IMG/VR virus record: IMGVR_UViG_2911420635_000004
Coordinates: 1 to 64,000 of that record
Reading direction: 5' to 3' (one strand)
DNA from: a virus
Taxonomy: Duplodnaviria > Caudoviricetes
DNA length: 64,000 bases
Every line of letters starts with the position of its first letter. Position 1 is the first letter of the stretch. Under the pieces are notes generated by a model. The model was not told where the DNA came from. It made no database searches and saw only the letters and a program-made list of their open reading frames with translations. Below, piece after piece: positions 29,277 through 39,300 of this stretch. The translations under genes were made by a program, and so were the position numbers.

Positions 29277-30344
29277 ATGAGTAAGATTATCACCTGTGAA
29301 CAGGTCAGCAATGGCCATCCTGATAAGATCTGTGACCAGATCGCAGATGCTATTGTGACCGACATTCTTCAGCATGACAGGCACGCCCGTGTGGCGATCG
29401 AGTGTCTGCTGAAAAAGAGCCAGCTCTTTATTGCCGGCGAGGTCACCACCGACTACCGGCCAAACTACAACCAGATCGTCCATGATGTGTTCAATCGCAT
29501 CGGCGCCGAAAAGCTGGGGTGGAACCTGACCGAGCTTCTTCGCATCGGCATTCTGGTGGACAAGCAGTCCCCGGATATTGCAATGGGTGTGGATAAGGGC
29601 GGTGCCGGTGACCAGGGTATCATGTACGGTTACGCCACCAACGAGACGGCAGAGCAGATGCCGATCCCTTACATGGTCGCCACCAAGTTTCTGCAGCTGC
29701 TGAAGAACCATCCGTCCAAGATGTTCCGTGCAGATGCCAAGGCACAGGTCAGCTACGACTACGACACCGGACGCATCACTACCTTCCTCTGCTCCGTGCA
29801 GCACAGCCCGGATGTGGAGGTCAGCGACTTCCGGCACATCATCGAATCCATGATGGTACTGGCCGCCTGCGAATACGGTCTGGACGGTGACTTCACGAAG
29901 CTCGTCAATCCGACCGGTCGTTTCGTGCTGGGCGGCAGCTACGCCGATTGTGGTGTGACTGGCCGGAAGCTGGCGTGCGATACCTACGGTGGCATCGGTC
30001 GCATGGGTGGTGGCGCTCTGAGCGGTAAAGATCCCACCAAGGTAGATCGCTCCGCAGCTTACATGGCACGGAAGATTGCAAAGGACATCGTGCAGGCGGG
30101 CTACGCTGACAAGTGTGAAGTCCAGCTGGCCTACGCCATTGGTGTGGTACAGCCGGTGGGTGTGTCGGTGGAGTGCTTCGGTACGGAGCACCAGTCCCTT
30201 GACTTCATCGAAGCCTACGTTCATGACAGCTACGACCTGACCCCGCAGGGTATCATCAAGCGGCTGCGACTGCTGGATGTAGATTACAACAAGGTCAGTG
30301 CTTACGGTCACTTCGGCAAGGTTGGTCTTCCGTGGGAGGACTGA
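29277..30344 (+). CDS. metK: S-adenosylmethionine synthetase (phage-encoded)
   Basis: GHPDKICDQIAD, GAGDQG, GVTGRK, GGGALSGKDPTKVDRSAAY motifs. Confidence 0.95.
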   Translation: MSKIITCEQVSNGHPDKICDQIADAIVTDILQHDRHARVAIECLLKKSQLFIAGEVTTDYRPNYNQIVHDVFNRIGAEKLGWNLTELLRIGILVDKQSPDIAMGVDKGGAGDQGIMYGYATNETAEQMPIPYMVATKFLQLLKNHPSKMFRADAKAQVSYDYDTGRITTFLCSVQHSPDVEVSDFRHIIESMMVLAACEYGLDGDFTKLVNPTGRFVLGGSYADCGVTGRKLACDTYGGIGRMGGGALSGKDPTKVDRSAAYMARKIAKDIVQAGYADKCEVQLAYAIGVVQPVGVSVECFGTEHQSLDFIEAYVHDSYDLTPQGIIKRLRLLDVDYNKVSAYGHFGKVGLPWED

Positions 30345-30347
30345 CCC

Positions 30348-30707
30348 ATGCCGTACAGACCAAAGACACCGTGCCATCATCCCGGCTGCCCGGAGCTGGT
30401 GGAAGCCGGCCGGCTCTACTGTGAGAAGCACCTGCTTCTCCACCCGGAAGTAACCCGCCCGGCGGCGAAGCGTGGATACAACAGGCGGTGGCAGAAAGCC
30501 CGAAAGTCATATCTCGAAGCTCATCCGCTCTGTGTGCAGTGCGCCAAGCAGGGTAAGTACGTCCGGGCAACGGTAGTGGATCACATCATTCCGCACCGTG
30601 GTGACCAGAAACTTTTCTGGGACCAGAACAACTGGCAGGCTCTCTGCAAGAGCTGCCACGATAAGAAGACGCTGACCGAGGACATCAACCCGACCTACAC
30701 CTACTGA
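30348..30707 (+). CDS. HNH endonuclease (packaging-associated type)
   Basis: CxxxxC, RGYNRRWQKAR, PLCVQC, VVDHIIPH, NWQALCKSCHDKKT. Confidence 0.92.
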   Translation: MPYRPKTPCHHPGCPELVEAGRLYCEKHLLLHPEVTRPAAKRGYNRRWQKARKSYLEAHPLCVQCAKQGKYVRATVVDHIIPHRGDQKLFWDQNNWQALCKSCHDKKTLTEDINPTYTY

Positions 30708-30709
30708 CA

Positions 30710-30810
30710 CCCCCACCGGGGCCGGGGTCACTTCTCTACAGTGAAGTCACACGGAGACCGGTGGCCCCTTTTGCGTGAAAAACCGCAAAATTCATAGGCC
30801 GGGGGTCAGA
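30710..30810. other. Putative cos/packaging region
   Basis: GC-rich non-coding stretch (ccccaccggggccggggtc...gaccggtggcccc...cgcaaaatt) right after the HNH gene, where cos lies in many HK97-type Firmicutes phages; positional inference only. Confidence 0.4.
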
Positions 30811-31107
30811 GGAATAACGACGCAAAATGAAACAGGAAAATGTACAGGCATCGGAGCTTCGGTTCCGGTGCCATTCTTTTTCCCCGAAATGAACCAAAGT
30901 GTGTGAAACCTCTCGTAAACAGGGAGCTTTCGCACATTTTAGCTTGTTCCGGGAGGAGCAGGGGCGAGCGGGAATCGGCCGCCGCAACAACGATCCAACC
31001 TGGCGGGGCAGTGCCGATTTCAACTTCGCTGCTTTTCGTATGTATTTTGAAATTTTTCTAAGAAACCGCCGAAGAAACGGCGAAAAATGAGAGTGAGGTG
31101 AGGGCAG

Positions 31108-31428
31108 ATGGAAGATTACACGGCTGAGATGATCAGGGACATGGCTTTTTCCTTCTGCCCTCAGTGCGGTACGGCAATCGTACCAAACCATAAAGGCAGA
31201 CCACGGAAGTTCTGCTCACCGGAATGCCGGTCACGGTGGAACAACACCCATCCAAAGCCGGAGAACTGGAAGACCGTGCGGTCGAAGATCTGCCCGGTGT
31301 GCGGCAGGGAGTTTTCCTACCGGCGCCAGTATGGTCTGGAACGGAAATATTGCAGCCGTGCCTGTGCAAATAAAGGACGCTGGAAGGAGGGCGATGCAAA
31401 TGGAAGAACCGCTGAACATAGAACGTGA
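31108..31428 (+). CDS. Zinc-ribbon repeat protein
   Basis: Two CxxC...(F/Y)CSxxC units. Confidence 0.7.
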   Translation: MEDYTAEMIRDMAFSFCPQCGTAIVPNHKGRPRKFCSPECRSRWNNTHPKPENWKTVRSKICPVCGREFSYRRQYGLERKYCSRACANKGRWKEGDANGRTAEHRT

Positions 31429-31894
31429 TGTGGTAAAGAACGGTGTCCGGCTGGACTGTGTGTTTGAGGGCTATGAGTACCGCTCGGAGAGAGAAGAAGT
31501 CCGAAGCCAGCGGCTTGCAGGGTTTGAATGTGTGGAGATCGCAGAAAACACAGGGCTTTCTTTGGAACAGGTCACAGATTACTGCCGGGAACTGGGTCTG
31601 CCGGAAACGGGGAGCTGCCAGTTACAGCCACCGGATGGGTCGGGGGAACGGCGCTGTCCGGTTTGCGGACGCATTCTCGTACAGAGAGGGAACAGTGGTC
31701 GGAGACGGTTCTGTTCTCCGGCTTGCCGGGAGGAATATTACAGGCAGCATAAGCCTTTTCGGATCGCGGTCTGTAAAAACTGTGGAAGGGAGTTCCATGC
31801 CGTAGATGAAGGAAAACGGCAGCGGAAGTTCTGCAGTCTGAATTGTTACTGGGATTATCGATACGGGATGAAGGGAGTGGATGAGGGTGAGTAA
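31394..31894 (+). CDS. HTH + zinc-ribbon repeat protein
   Basis: EIAENTGLSLEQVTDYC HTH plus two CxxC...FCSxxC units; RBS ggagg before ATG 31394. Confidence 0.7.
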   Translation: MQMEEPLNIERDVVKNGVRLDCVFEGYEYRSEREEVRSQRLAGFECVEIAENTGLSLEQVTDYCRELGLPETGSCQLQPPDGSGERRCPVCGRILVQRGNSGRRRFCSPACREEYYRQHKPFRIAVCKNCGREFHAVDEGKRQRKFCSLNCYWDYRYGMKGVDEGE

Positions 31895-32105
31895 GATTAT
31901 CGGTGTGTTTCCGATGTTCAACACCGGGGGTATCTGTGTACATGCGATTGACGATGCGGAAGATAAGGTCCTGGCATCCGTGAACGGGGAAAACCCGGAA
32001 TGGTGCGAGATGGCTGAACAGCCGCAGGAAGATGGAGATGAGATGGAGTCGGGCTTTTTGTTCGGCTCCTTTTTCGTGCCGTTCTCCGGGGTCATGCGCA
32101 TGTGA
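31881..32105 (+). CDS. Hypothetical protein
   Basis: 74-aa ORF coupled to its neighbours. Confidence 0.5.
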   Translation: MRVSKIIGVFPMFNTGGICVHAIDDAEDKVLASVNGENPEWCEMAEQPQEDGDEMESGFLFGSFFVPFSGVMRM

Positions 32106-32126
32106 ATCTGAATTAGGAGGGCTTAC

Positions 32127-33395
32127 ATGAAAGCGACTGCTGAACTGAAGATGCTGCCGGTGTCCGTACTCAAGCCGGCCGCATACAATCCCCGGAAAAA
32201 GCTGAAGCCGGGGGATAAAGAGTACGAGAAGATCAAGAACTCCATCACGGAGTTCGGGTTCGCAGATCCTTTGGTGGTCAATGCCGATATGACAATCATC
32301 GGCGGCCACCAGAGATTGACCGTAGCGATGGAGCTGGGCTACACCGAAGTGCCTTGTGCGGTGGTGGACATCGACAAGACCAGGGAGAAAGCCCTGAACA
32401 TTGCGCTCAATAAGATTACGGGTGCGTGGGATGATTCTCTGCTGGCTGATCTTTTGAAGGACATCGAGGATTCCAACTTCGACCTTGGTAAGACCGGCTT
32501 TGAGCCGCCGGAGATTGAGACGCTGTTCAACAAAGTCCACAGCAAAGAGGTCAAGGAAGATGACTTCGATGTGGAATCCGAGCTGAAGCAGCCATGCTTC
32601 TCCAAAGATGGTGACCTCTGGCATCTGGGAAAGCACATCGTTCTGTGCGGTGATTCCACCAAAGCAGAATGCTACGACACCCTGATGGACGGAACCAAGG
32701 CAAATCTGGTCCTTTCCGATCCCCCTTATAACGTGGATGTGGAAGAGACTGCCGGTAAGATCATGAATGACAACATGGGCGATTCGGAATTCTACCATTT
32801 CCTTCTGGCAGCGTTCCAGCAGATGCACGGCCATCTTGCAGACGACGGTTCCATCTACATCTTCCATGCAGATACGGAAGGGCTGAACTTTAGAAAGGCA
32901 TTCAAGGATGCCGGGTTCTACCTGTCCGGGTGCTGTATCTGGAAGAAGAATGCGCTGGTGCTGGGCCGTAGTCCTTACCAGTGGCAGCACGAACCGTGTC
33001 TCTACGGCTGGAAGCAGAAGGGAAAGCACCAGTGGTATTCCGACCGGAAGCAGACGACCATATGGGAGTATGACCGGCCGAAGTCCAACAAGGACCACCC
33101 GACCATGAAGCCCATCGGTCTGATGAGCTATCCGATCCGCAATTCCACTATGACCAACGGCATCGTGCTTGATCCGTTCCTCGGCAGTGGCTCGACACTG
33201 ATCGCCTGCGAAGAGACCGACCGTGTGTGCCGGGGTATCGAGCTAGACCCGAAGTTCGTGGATGTGATTGTGAAGCGGTACATCGAACACAGCGATGGTC
33301 ACTACGATGATGTGTTTGTTGTCCGTGACGGCCAGAAGCTGAAGTTCGAGGAAGTGGCGACCTTCGAGCCGGAAAGCGAGGATGCCGATGCCTGA
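32127..33395 (+). CDS. ParB-like domain fused to N6/N4 DNA methyltransferase
   Basis: N-terminal PAAYNPRK/IIGGHQR; catalytic DPPY; HPTMKP; DPFLGSGST. Confidence 0.92.
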   Translation: MKATAELKMLPVSVLKPAAYNPRKKLKPGDKEYEKIKNSITEFGFADPLVVNADMTIIGGHQRLTVAMELGYTEVPCAVVDIDKTREKALNIALNKITGAWDDSLLADLLKDIEDSNFDLGKTGFEPPEIETLFNKVHSKEVKEDDFDVESELKQPCFSKDGDLWHLGKHIVLCGDSTKAECYDTLMDGTKANLVLSDPPYNVDVEETAGKIMNDNMGDSEFYHFLLAAFQQMHGHLADDGSIYIFHADTEGLNFRKAFKDAGFYLSGCCIWKKNALVLGRSPYQWQHEPCLYGWKQKGKHQWYSDRKQTTIWEYDRPKSNKDHPTMKPIGLMSYPIRNSTMTNGIVLDPFLGSGSTLIACEETDRVCRGIELDPKFVDVIVKRYIEHSDGHYDDVFVVRDGQKLKFEEVATFEPESEDADA

Positions 33396-34161
33396 TGTAA
33401 AATGCGTCCTCATCCATGACAACTTCCAGAATTTCAAGTCCTATAACATCCCCAAGGCGCAGCTGGTGATTGCAGATATTCCGTACAACATCGGTACAGA
33501 TTTCTATGCCAGCCGGCCGGACTGGTATGTGGATGGCGACAATAAAAACGGGGAGAGCAGCAAGGCGAGGAAGGCGGCGTTCAATACCGACTTCACCTTC
33601 AACATTGCAGAGTATTTCCACTTCTGCAACCGCCTGCTGAAGAAAGAACCCGGCACGGGCGAGAAGGATGCGCCGTGCATGATCGTGTTCTGTGCGTTCC
33701 AGCAGATCCCGAAGGTAATCACCGAAGCGGAAAAATACGGCTTCAAAAATTATATCCCGCTGGTGTTCTGCAAGAACTACAGTCCGCAGGTCTTAAAGGC
33801 CAACATGAAGATCGTAGGTGCAACGGAGTATGCATTGGTGCTGTATCGGGGCAAGCTCCCGAAGTTCCGCAATCTCGGTGAGGATGGAAAGCCCCACATG
33901 ATCTTCAACTGGTTTGACTGGAAGCGGGATGGCAGGGAATATCCGAAGATCCATCCCTCCCAGAAACCGATCTCTGTGCTGAAACGACTGATCGAGACCT
34001 TTACAGATGAGGGCGATGTGGTCATTGACCCCTGCGCCGGCAGCGGCTCGACTCTTCGTGCTGCACGGGAACTGGGGCGCAACAGTTACGGATTTGAAGT
34101 ATCCAGAGATTTTTACCGGAAAGCGAATGAGCAGATGCTCGGAGAGGAGGCTTCCGCATGA
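33382..34161 (+). CDS. N6/N4 DNA methyltransferase (beta class)
   Basis: DIPY catalytic motif; HPSQKP; DPCAGSGST. Confidence 0.88.
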   Translation: MPMPDVKCVLIHDNFQNFKSYNIPKAQLVIADIPYNIGTDFYASRPDWYVDGDNKNGESSKARKAAFNTDFTFNIAEYFHFCNRLLKKEPGTGEKDAPCMIVFCAFQQIPKVITEAEKYGFKNYIPLVFCKNYSPQVLKANMKIVGATEYALVLYRGKLPKFRNLGEDGKPHMIFNWFDWKRDGREYPKIHPSQKPISVLKRLIETFTDEGDVVIDPCAGSGSTLRAARELGRNSYGFEVSRDFYRKANEQMLGEEASA

Positions 34162-36416
34162 GCACAGAACAGAATAAGACTTTGACCCTCGGCAGCCTCT
34201 TTGATGGCTCCGGGGGTTTTCCGTTAGGCGGGCTTTTGACCGGGCAGATCACTCCGGTGTGGAGCAGTGAGATCGAGCCGTTTGCCATCCGGGTCACGTC
34301 GAAGCGTCTGCCGCAGGTGAAGCACTACGGGGATGTGTCTGCCATCAGCGGAGCAGACCTGCCGCCCGTGGACATCATCACCTTTGGCAGTCCCTGTCAG
34401 GATATGTCCATCGCCGGTAAGAGAGATGGTCTGGATGGATCACGGTCCAGTCTGTTTTACGAAGCAATCCGAATCGTGAAAGAAATGAGGTGTAAGACCA
34501 ATGGAGAAAAACCAAGATTTATCGTGTGGGAGAATGTGCCAGGGGCCTTCTCCTCAAACAAAGGGCAGGATTTCAAAGCAGTCCTCGAAGCAGTCATCGG
34601 TGTTAAAGAACCGTCCGCCTCGGTGCCTGCACCTGAGAAGAAAGGATGGCCCGACGCTGACTACTACGTGGGAGACGGATGGAGCGTCGCGTATCGAGTT
34701 CTTGATGCACAATGGTGGGGCGTTCCCCAAAGAAGAAAACGTATCTACCTTGTCGCAGATTTTGCAGACCAGAGTGCCCCAAAGGTACTATTTGAGTCCG
34801 AAGGCGTGTCTCGGTATTCTGCGGAGGGCTTCCATGCGTGGCAAAGAGCTGCCGCCGGTGCTGAAAGCGGCACTGGAGAGGCAGGCTTCAGCGGAGCAGG
34901 AGGGCGGATCTGTCTGAACGACCAGGGCGGTAAGCAGATGGATGTTTCCCAGGATGTGACCGGTACCCTCCGGGCAGAGGAGCATGGACATCAGCCGTGT
35001 GTTCTGGAAGCTGCCGGTTTCTGTACCGAGCATTCGGCAGATGCCAGAAGCATCGGATACGAGGAGGAACGCTCACCGACCCTCCGGGCTGGTGTTGTGC
35101 CTGCCGCCATCGCACTGGAAAATCATCCTGCTGACAGCCGGGTGAAGATTTCCGAGGATGGTAAGGTGCAGACACTGACAAGCCGGTGCGGTACAGGTGG
35201 CGGTAATGTCCCGATGGTCATGGACGCTGTTGAAAATTCAGTGGAAAGTCCGGTGAAAGAAGTTGAAAACTCCCCGGCAGTCACGCTGAAGATCCGTTCC
35301 GGTTGCGAGGGTGGCGGCAAGGGAGCCATCTGGCAGGAAGAAAAATCTGCCACACTCGGCTGCAATAACGACCAGACACTGTTCGTTCCGAAATGCTATG
35401 GTGTCTGCTCCAAAGCCAGCCACTCCATGATGTCCGACAATCCGCATAGCGGTTTCTATGAAGCGGAGACCTCCCGGACACTGGACCGCAGCGGTGGTGA
35501 CCCGACCTGCAATCAGGGCGGCATCTGTGTGGTAGAGCCGGTCGCCTTTACCCAGAATCAGAGGGATGAAGTCAGGGATCTGGGAGAGAAGTCAGCGGCA
35601 CTGGCAGCAGAGCCGGGGATGAAGCAGCAGACCTTTGTGGCACAGCCGGAAGAGATGACTGCGTTCCATGTGAACCAGCGCAATGAGCTGATCAATCTGC
35701 ATGGCAAATCCGGCGCTTTGATGGCGACCCGGAGTGACCAGATGCAGACCTTCGTCCTGCAGGGCAACATGATCGGCCGCAAGGATGAGAACGGTCCGCA
35801 GGGGGATGGCGTCAATGAGGGTGTCTGCTTTACACTGGATGCCACTGACCGCCATGCAGTCTGCGCACCGGAGGATGTGTATGCCATGACCACCGGCTCC
35901 TATATGCAGGTGGCAAAAGAAGTCGCACCGACCCTGATGGCACGGGATTACAAAGACCCGACCACCATCGCACCGGTACCGCATTTGAACGAGGGTGTCA
36001 TGGGAACGGTGGCAACCGGGGCACATCCCAGCGGCTTCAACGGGCAGGATGCTTTCAATGACCGTCTGGTCATCGACAATCCGGAAGCACAGCCCGCACC
36101 TGTGACCTATACAGTTCGCCGTTTGACACCGACCGAGTGTGCCAGACTGCAGGGATTCCCTGACTGGTGGTGCAGAGATCTCGGAACGGAAAACCCAACC
36201 GAGGAAGATCTGGCGTTCTGGGCGGATGTGTTTGAAACACACCGTAAGATCGTGACCCATGCCAAGAAGCCGAAGACGGAGAAGCAGATCCGGAAATGGC
36301 TGGCTGACCCGTATACGGATTCGGCAGAGTACCGTATCTGGGGCAACGGCATTTGCTTAGCCAACGCATTCTTTGTTCTGGCCGGCATCGCGTGGTGTGC
36401 AGGTCTGGAAGAATAA
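34158..36416 (+). CDS. C5-cytosine DNA methyltransferase with very long variable region
   Basis: FDGSGG, GSPCQD, WENVPG, QRRKRIYL; ~400-aa insert; RRLTPTECARLQGFP and WGNG. Confidence 0.92.
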   Translation: MSTEQNKTLTLGSLFDGSGGFPLGGLLTGQITPVWSSEIEPFAIRVTSKRLPQVKHYGDVSAISGADLPPVDIITFGSPCQDMSIAGKRDGLDGSRSSLFYEAIRIVKEMRCKTNGEKPRFIVWENVPGAFSSNKGQDFKAVLEAVIGVKEPSASVPAPEKKGWPDADYYVGDGWSVAYRVLDAQWWGVPQRRKRIYLVADFADQSAPKVLFESEGVSRYSAEGFHAWQRAAAGAESGTGEAGFSGAGGRICLNDQGGKQMDVSQDVTGTLRAEEHGHQPCVLEAAGFCTEHSADARSIGYEEERSPTLRAGVVPAAIALENHPADSRVKISEDGKVQTLTSRCGTGGGNVPMVMDAVENSVESPVKEVENSPAVTLKIRSGCEGGGKGAIWQEEKSATLGCNNDQTLFVPKCYGVCSKASHSMMSDNPHSGFYEAETSRTLDRSGGDPTCNQGGICVVEPVAFTQNQRDEVRDLGEKSAALAAEPGMKQQTFVAQPEEMTAFHVNQRNELINLHGKSGALMATRSDQMQTFVLQGNMIGRKDENGPQGDGVNEGVCFTLDATDRHAVCAPEDVYAMTTGSYMQVAKEVAPTLMARDYKDPTTIAPVPHLNEGVMGTVATGAHPSGFNGQDAFNDRLVIDNPEAQPAPVTYTVRRLTPTECARLQGFPDWWCRDLGTENPTEEDLAFWADVFETHRKIVTHAKKPKTEKQIRKWLADPYTDSAEYRIWGNGICLANAFFVLAGIAWCAGLEE

Positions 36417-36481
36417 ACTGGCCCGCTATATTACTAGGTAGAAAGCGACCTGGTGATATGGTGGGCTTACATATTGGTCCT

Positions 36482-36576
36482 ATTTACACAACAGGTTTTG
36501 CAGTCCCTTGTGTAAATGGTCGAACATGAAGAATATCGGGAAATGGCCTTGCTATTCATCCGTTTTAGAGTGATAT
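36482..36576 (+). promoter_or_regulatory. Cassette promoter unit 1 (operator IR + promoter)
   Basis: ATTTACACAA-N16-TTGTGTAAAT; TTGCTA(36549)-N16-TGATAT(36571). Confidence 0.7.
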
Positions 36577-36639
36577 ATGTGCTACCGAAAAGAACATCGG
36601 GATGCACAAAAACAAATGAACGAAAAGGAGCGATGAATT

Positions 36640-37824
36640 ATGTTGAAATTTAAACTGAACGTAGCCGAGAGAAAGACCCTCGCAAAACGCATGGAGGAGC
36701 TGACCGGCATCCACCCTTACTATACCAAAGCACCTCTGTATTCTTACGACATCGGGAGCTACACCATCGACCGGAATGGCAACCTTCTGGTCGAGCCGGA
36801 GAATGCAGATGCCGAGCTGCTGACGACCCTGCTGAATGAGGGACTGATCCGCGGCGGCGAGAGTATTGAGAGCACGGATGACCAGCCGGAGGACACAGAG
36901 CTGACAGCGGATATGGATGAGGAGCCTGTGACCGAAGCGGAAACTGAGCAGATGCCCGAAGCAGAGCTGGAGGTTCTGGACGAGCAGGAATCCGAAGATG
37001 CAGATACCGCAGAAGATGAACCTGCGGAAGCAGGAGCCGAGGATGCATTGGAGCCGGACAATACGGCTGAGGATGATACCATAGAGGATGAGCCGGATGC
37101 AGAATCGCAGGAGACAGAAGATCAGCCGGAAGAGGTGCCGCTGGACTTGGAACTTGCATTCCCGGTCAGCCAGCACAACGGTGTGACTCTCCGCAACCTG
37201 GTCAACCTTCTTTACAGCCGCGGCAAGCTCATCGGCAAGGCGACTGGAGGACACTTCCATGTGGAAGAGGGGCTGGTCGAGAAGCTGAAGGACGATAGCT
37301 GCACCTTTGCCATCATGAACTTCATCAATGCGGTCAGCGACTATGAGACTGAACATGGTGCTGCACTGGAAGGCCTGAAGATCACCACCGAGAAGGTCAC
37401 CTTTACCGGCTTCCCGACTGCACCGGACCACGAACATCTGACGGCTTTTGCACAGCTGGCGGTGCTGATGAACCAGCAGGCTATCAGCCAGAAGCGCATC
37501 CAGGCAAAGGATGTCAACGATGAGAATGAGAAATACGCACTCCGCACATGGCTCCTGCGGCTGGGGATGAACGGTCCGGATTTCAAAGAGACACGCAAGA
37601 TCCTCATGGAGAACCTTTCCGGTCATGCGGCTTTCCGCACGGATGAGGAAGCACAGAAGTTCCTTGCAAGGGAAAAGGCAAAACGGGATGCCCTGAAAGC
37701 CGCGAAACTGGCGGCACAGAACGGCGATCCTGCCACAGGGGAAACGGTCGCACCGGATACGACCCAGCCGACACAGCCCGACTGTGGGGCAGACACGGCG
37801 CAGATGCTGGAGGCGGGAGCGTAA
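36640..37824 (+). CDS. Hypothetical protein with acidic linker and amidoligase-like C-terminal domain
   Basis: C-terminal NEKYALRTWLLRLG..F...RKILMENLSGHAAFR resembles the end of the adjacent amidoligase. Confidence 0.65.
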   Translation: MLKFKLNVAERKTLAKRMEELTGIHPYYTKAPLYSYDIGSYTIDRNGNLLVEPENADAELLTTLLNEGLIRGGESIESTDDQPEDTELTADMDEEPVTEAETEQMPEAELEVLDEQESEDADTAEDEPAEAGAEDALEPDNTAEDDTIEDEPDAESQETEDQPEEVPLDLELAFPVSQHNGVTLRNLVNLLYSRGKLIGKATGGHFHVEEGLVEKLKDDSCTFAIMNFINAVSDYETEHGAALEGLKITTEKVTFTGFPTAPDHEHLTAFAQLAVLMNQQAISQKRIQAKDVNDENEKYALRTWLLRLGMNGPDFKETRKILMENLSGHAAFRTDEEAQKFLAREKAKRDALKAAKLAAQNGDPATGETVAPDTTQPTQPDCGADTAQMLEAGA

Positions 37825-37929
37825 GCTCCCAATCCCCCCAATGGGGGCCGGAAAATATGCGAGACCCTCTTCCATTGTACCGATATTAGCTCTGAAAATG
37901 TACATTATCAAGCGGATAAACTGCAGAAA

Positions 37930-38010
37930 TGTACACGATCAATCTGCCTTATATTTGTCGAATATATGTTCTTTTATATCCTTGCTATTATCCGCACCTG
38001 ACGGTAATAT
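37930..38010 (+). promoter_or_regulatory. Cassette promoter unit 2
   Basis: TGTACAC upstream; TTGCTA(37982)-N17-TAATAT(38005). Confidence 0.75.
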
Positions 38011-38057
38011 GCACATACCGAAAGGGAAAACAAGGAAAAAACAAAGGAGAACATACC

Positions 38058-38996
38058 ATGAACGATAAAATAAGAGAGCAGATTGAAACCATGAAGAACC
38101 AGACCATCGGGGTTGAGATCGAGATGAACAACATCACCAGAGAAAAAGCGGCAAGAAAGGTCGCTGAGTACTTCGGAACCAGAGCATGGAACGCGGCCAG
38201 CGAGTACGGATATTACAGCTGGGCTTGCAAGGACCAGCAGGGCAGGGTTTGGAAATTCCAGAGGGATGTGAGCATCTACGGACCGGACGCAGAAAAATGC
38301 GAACTGGTCACCCCAATCCTCACCTACGACGACATCGAAACCCTGCAGGAGATTATCCGACTGCTCCGAAAGGCAGGCGCAAAGAGCGGCCCAAGCCGCG
38401 GATGCGGGGTTCACATCCACATTGGCAAAGGCGACCACACCGCAAAGACCATCCGCAACCTTGTGAATATCATGGCGGCGCACGAACAGCAGATCGGCAG
38501 AGCCATCCGAATCGATGCAGGGCGCACCGGACAATATTGCCAGGTGGTCAACCATCGCTTCCTCGACCGGCTGAACCGCGAGAAGCCGACCACCATGCGC
38601 AAGCTGGAAGACATTTGGTACGAAGGCAACGGTTCCAGCTGGGAAAACCGAAATGCCCACTACAATTCAAGCCGGTACCATATGCTGAACCTCCATGCCA
38701 CCTTCACAAAGGGAACCATTGAATTCCGCCTTTTCCAATTCGCAGACCCAGCGGACGGAAAGCGCAATGGACTGCATGCCGGTGAGATGAAAGCCTACAT
38801 CCAGCTTTGCCTCGCAATGAGCCAGCTTGCCAAGATGGTCAGAACGGCAAGCCCGAAGCCCCAGCAGACCGACAACGAAAAGTACGCGATGCGGTGCTGG
38901 ATGCTGAGGCTGGGATTCATCGGGGATGAATTTGCAACGGCAAGGGAGATCCTTCTGCGGAACATGGAGGGCAACGCATCCTGGCGGAACAAATAA
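38058..38996 (+). CDS. Putative amidoligase (COOH-NH2 ligase family 2)
   Basis: IGVEIEM, ELVTPIL, GCGVHIHIG, RYHMLNL, TIEFRLF motifs. Confidence 0.85.
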   Translation: MNDKIREQIETMKNQTIGVEIEMNNITREKAARKVAEYFGTRAWNAASEYGYYSWACKDQQGRVWKFQRDVSIYGPDAEKCELVTPILTYDDIETLQEIIRLLRKAGAKSGPSRGCGVHIHIGKGDHTAKTIRNLVNIMAAHEQQIGRAIRIDAGRTGQYCQVVNHRFLDRLNREKPTTMRKLEDIWYEGNGSSWENRNAHYNSSRYHMLNLHATFTKGTIEFRLFQFADPADGKRNGLHAGEMKAYIQLCLAMSQLAKMVRTASPKPQQTDNEKYAMRCWMLRLGFIGDEFATAREILLRNMEGNASWRNK

Positions 38997-39063
38997 GCCG
39001 GGATGCACGGGCACCTTTTGGGCGGGCAACCGCCCTTGAGGTGGTAGAAGGAGGTGCAGGTTT

Positions 39064-39300
39064 ATGAAAAGCACGTTAAAAAATGAAAACACACCGAGTG
39101 GCAGAACCTTTAAGGTGACCATCACCGAGACCTACCAGAGAACGGTGACCATTTATGAATCCGAGATGAAAGAGCCGACCGTGGAGGAAGCACAGCGTGT
39201 GGCAGAGGACTGGTGGCAGGACAGCCAGATCGAGCTTGGGACAGAGGATTTCCAGGGCGTGGAATTCACTGGCAGGGAGGACGGTGAGGCAGATGTTTGA
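39064..39300 (+). CDS. DpnD/PcfM-like small protein
   Basis: FKVTITETYQRTV....EEA....W....I.L...DF.GVEF pattern. Confidence 0.6.
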   Translation: MKSTLKNENTPSGRTFKVTITETYQRTVTIYESEMKEPTVEEAQRVAEDWWQDSQIELGTEDFQGVEFTGREDGEADV

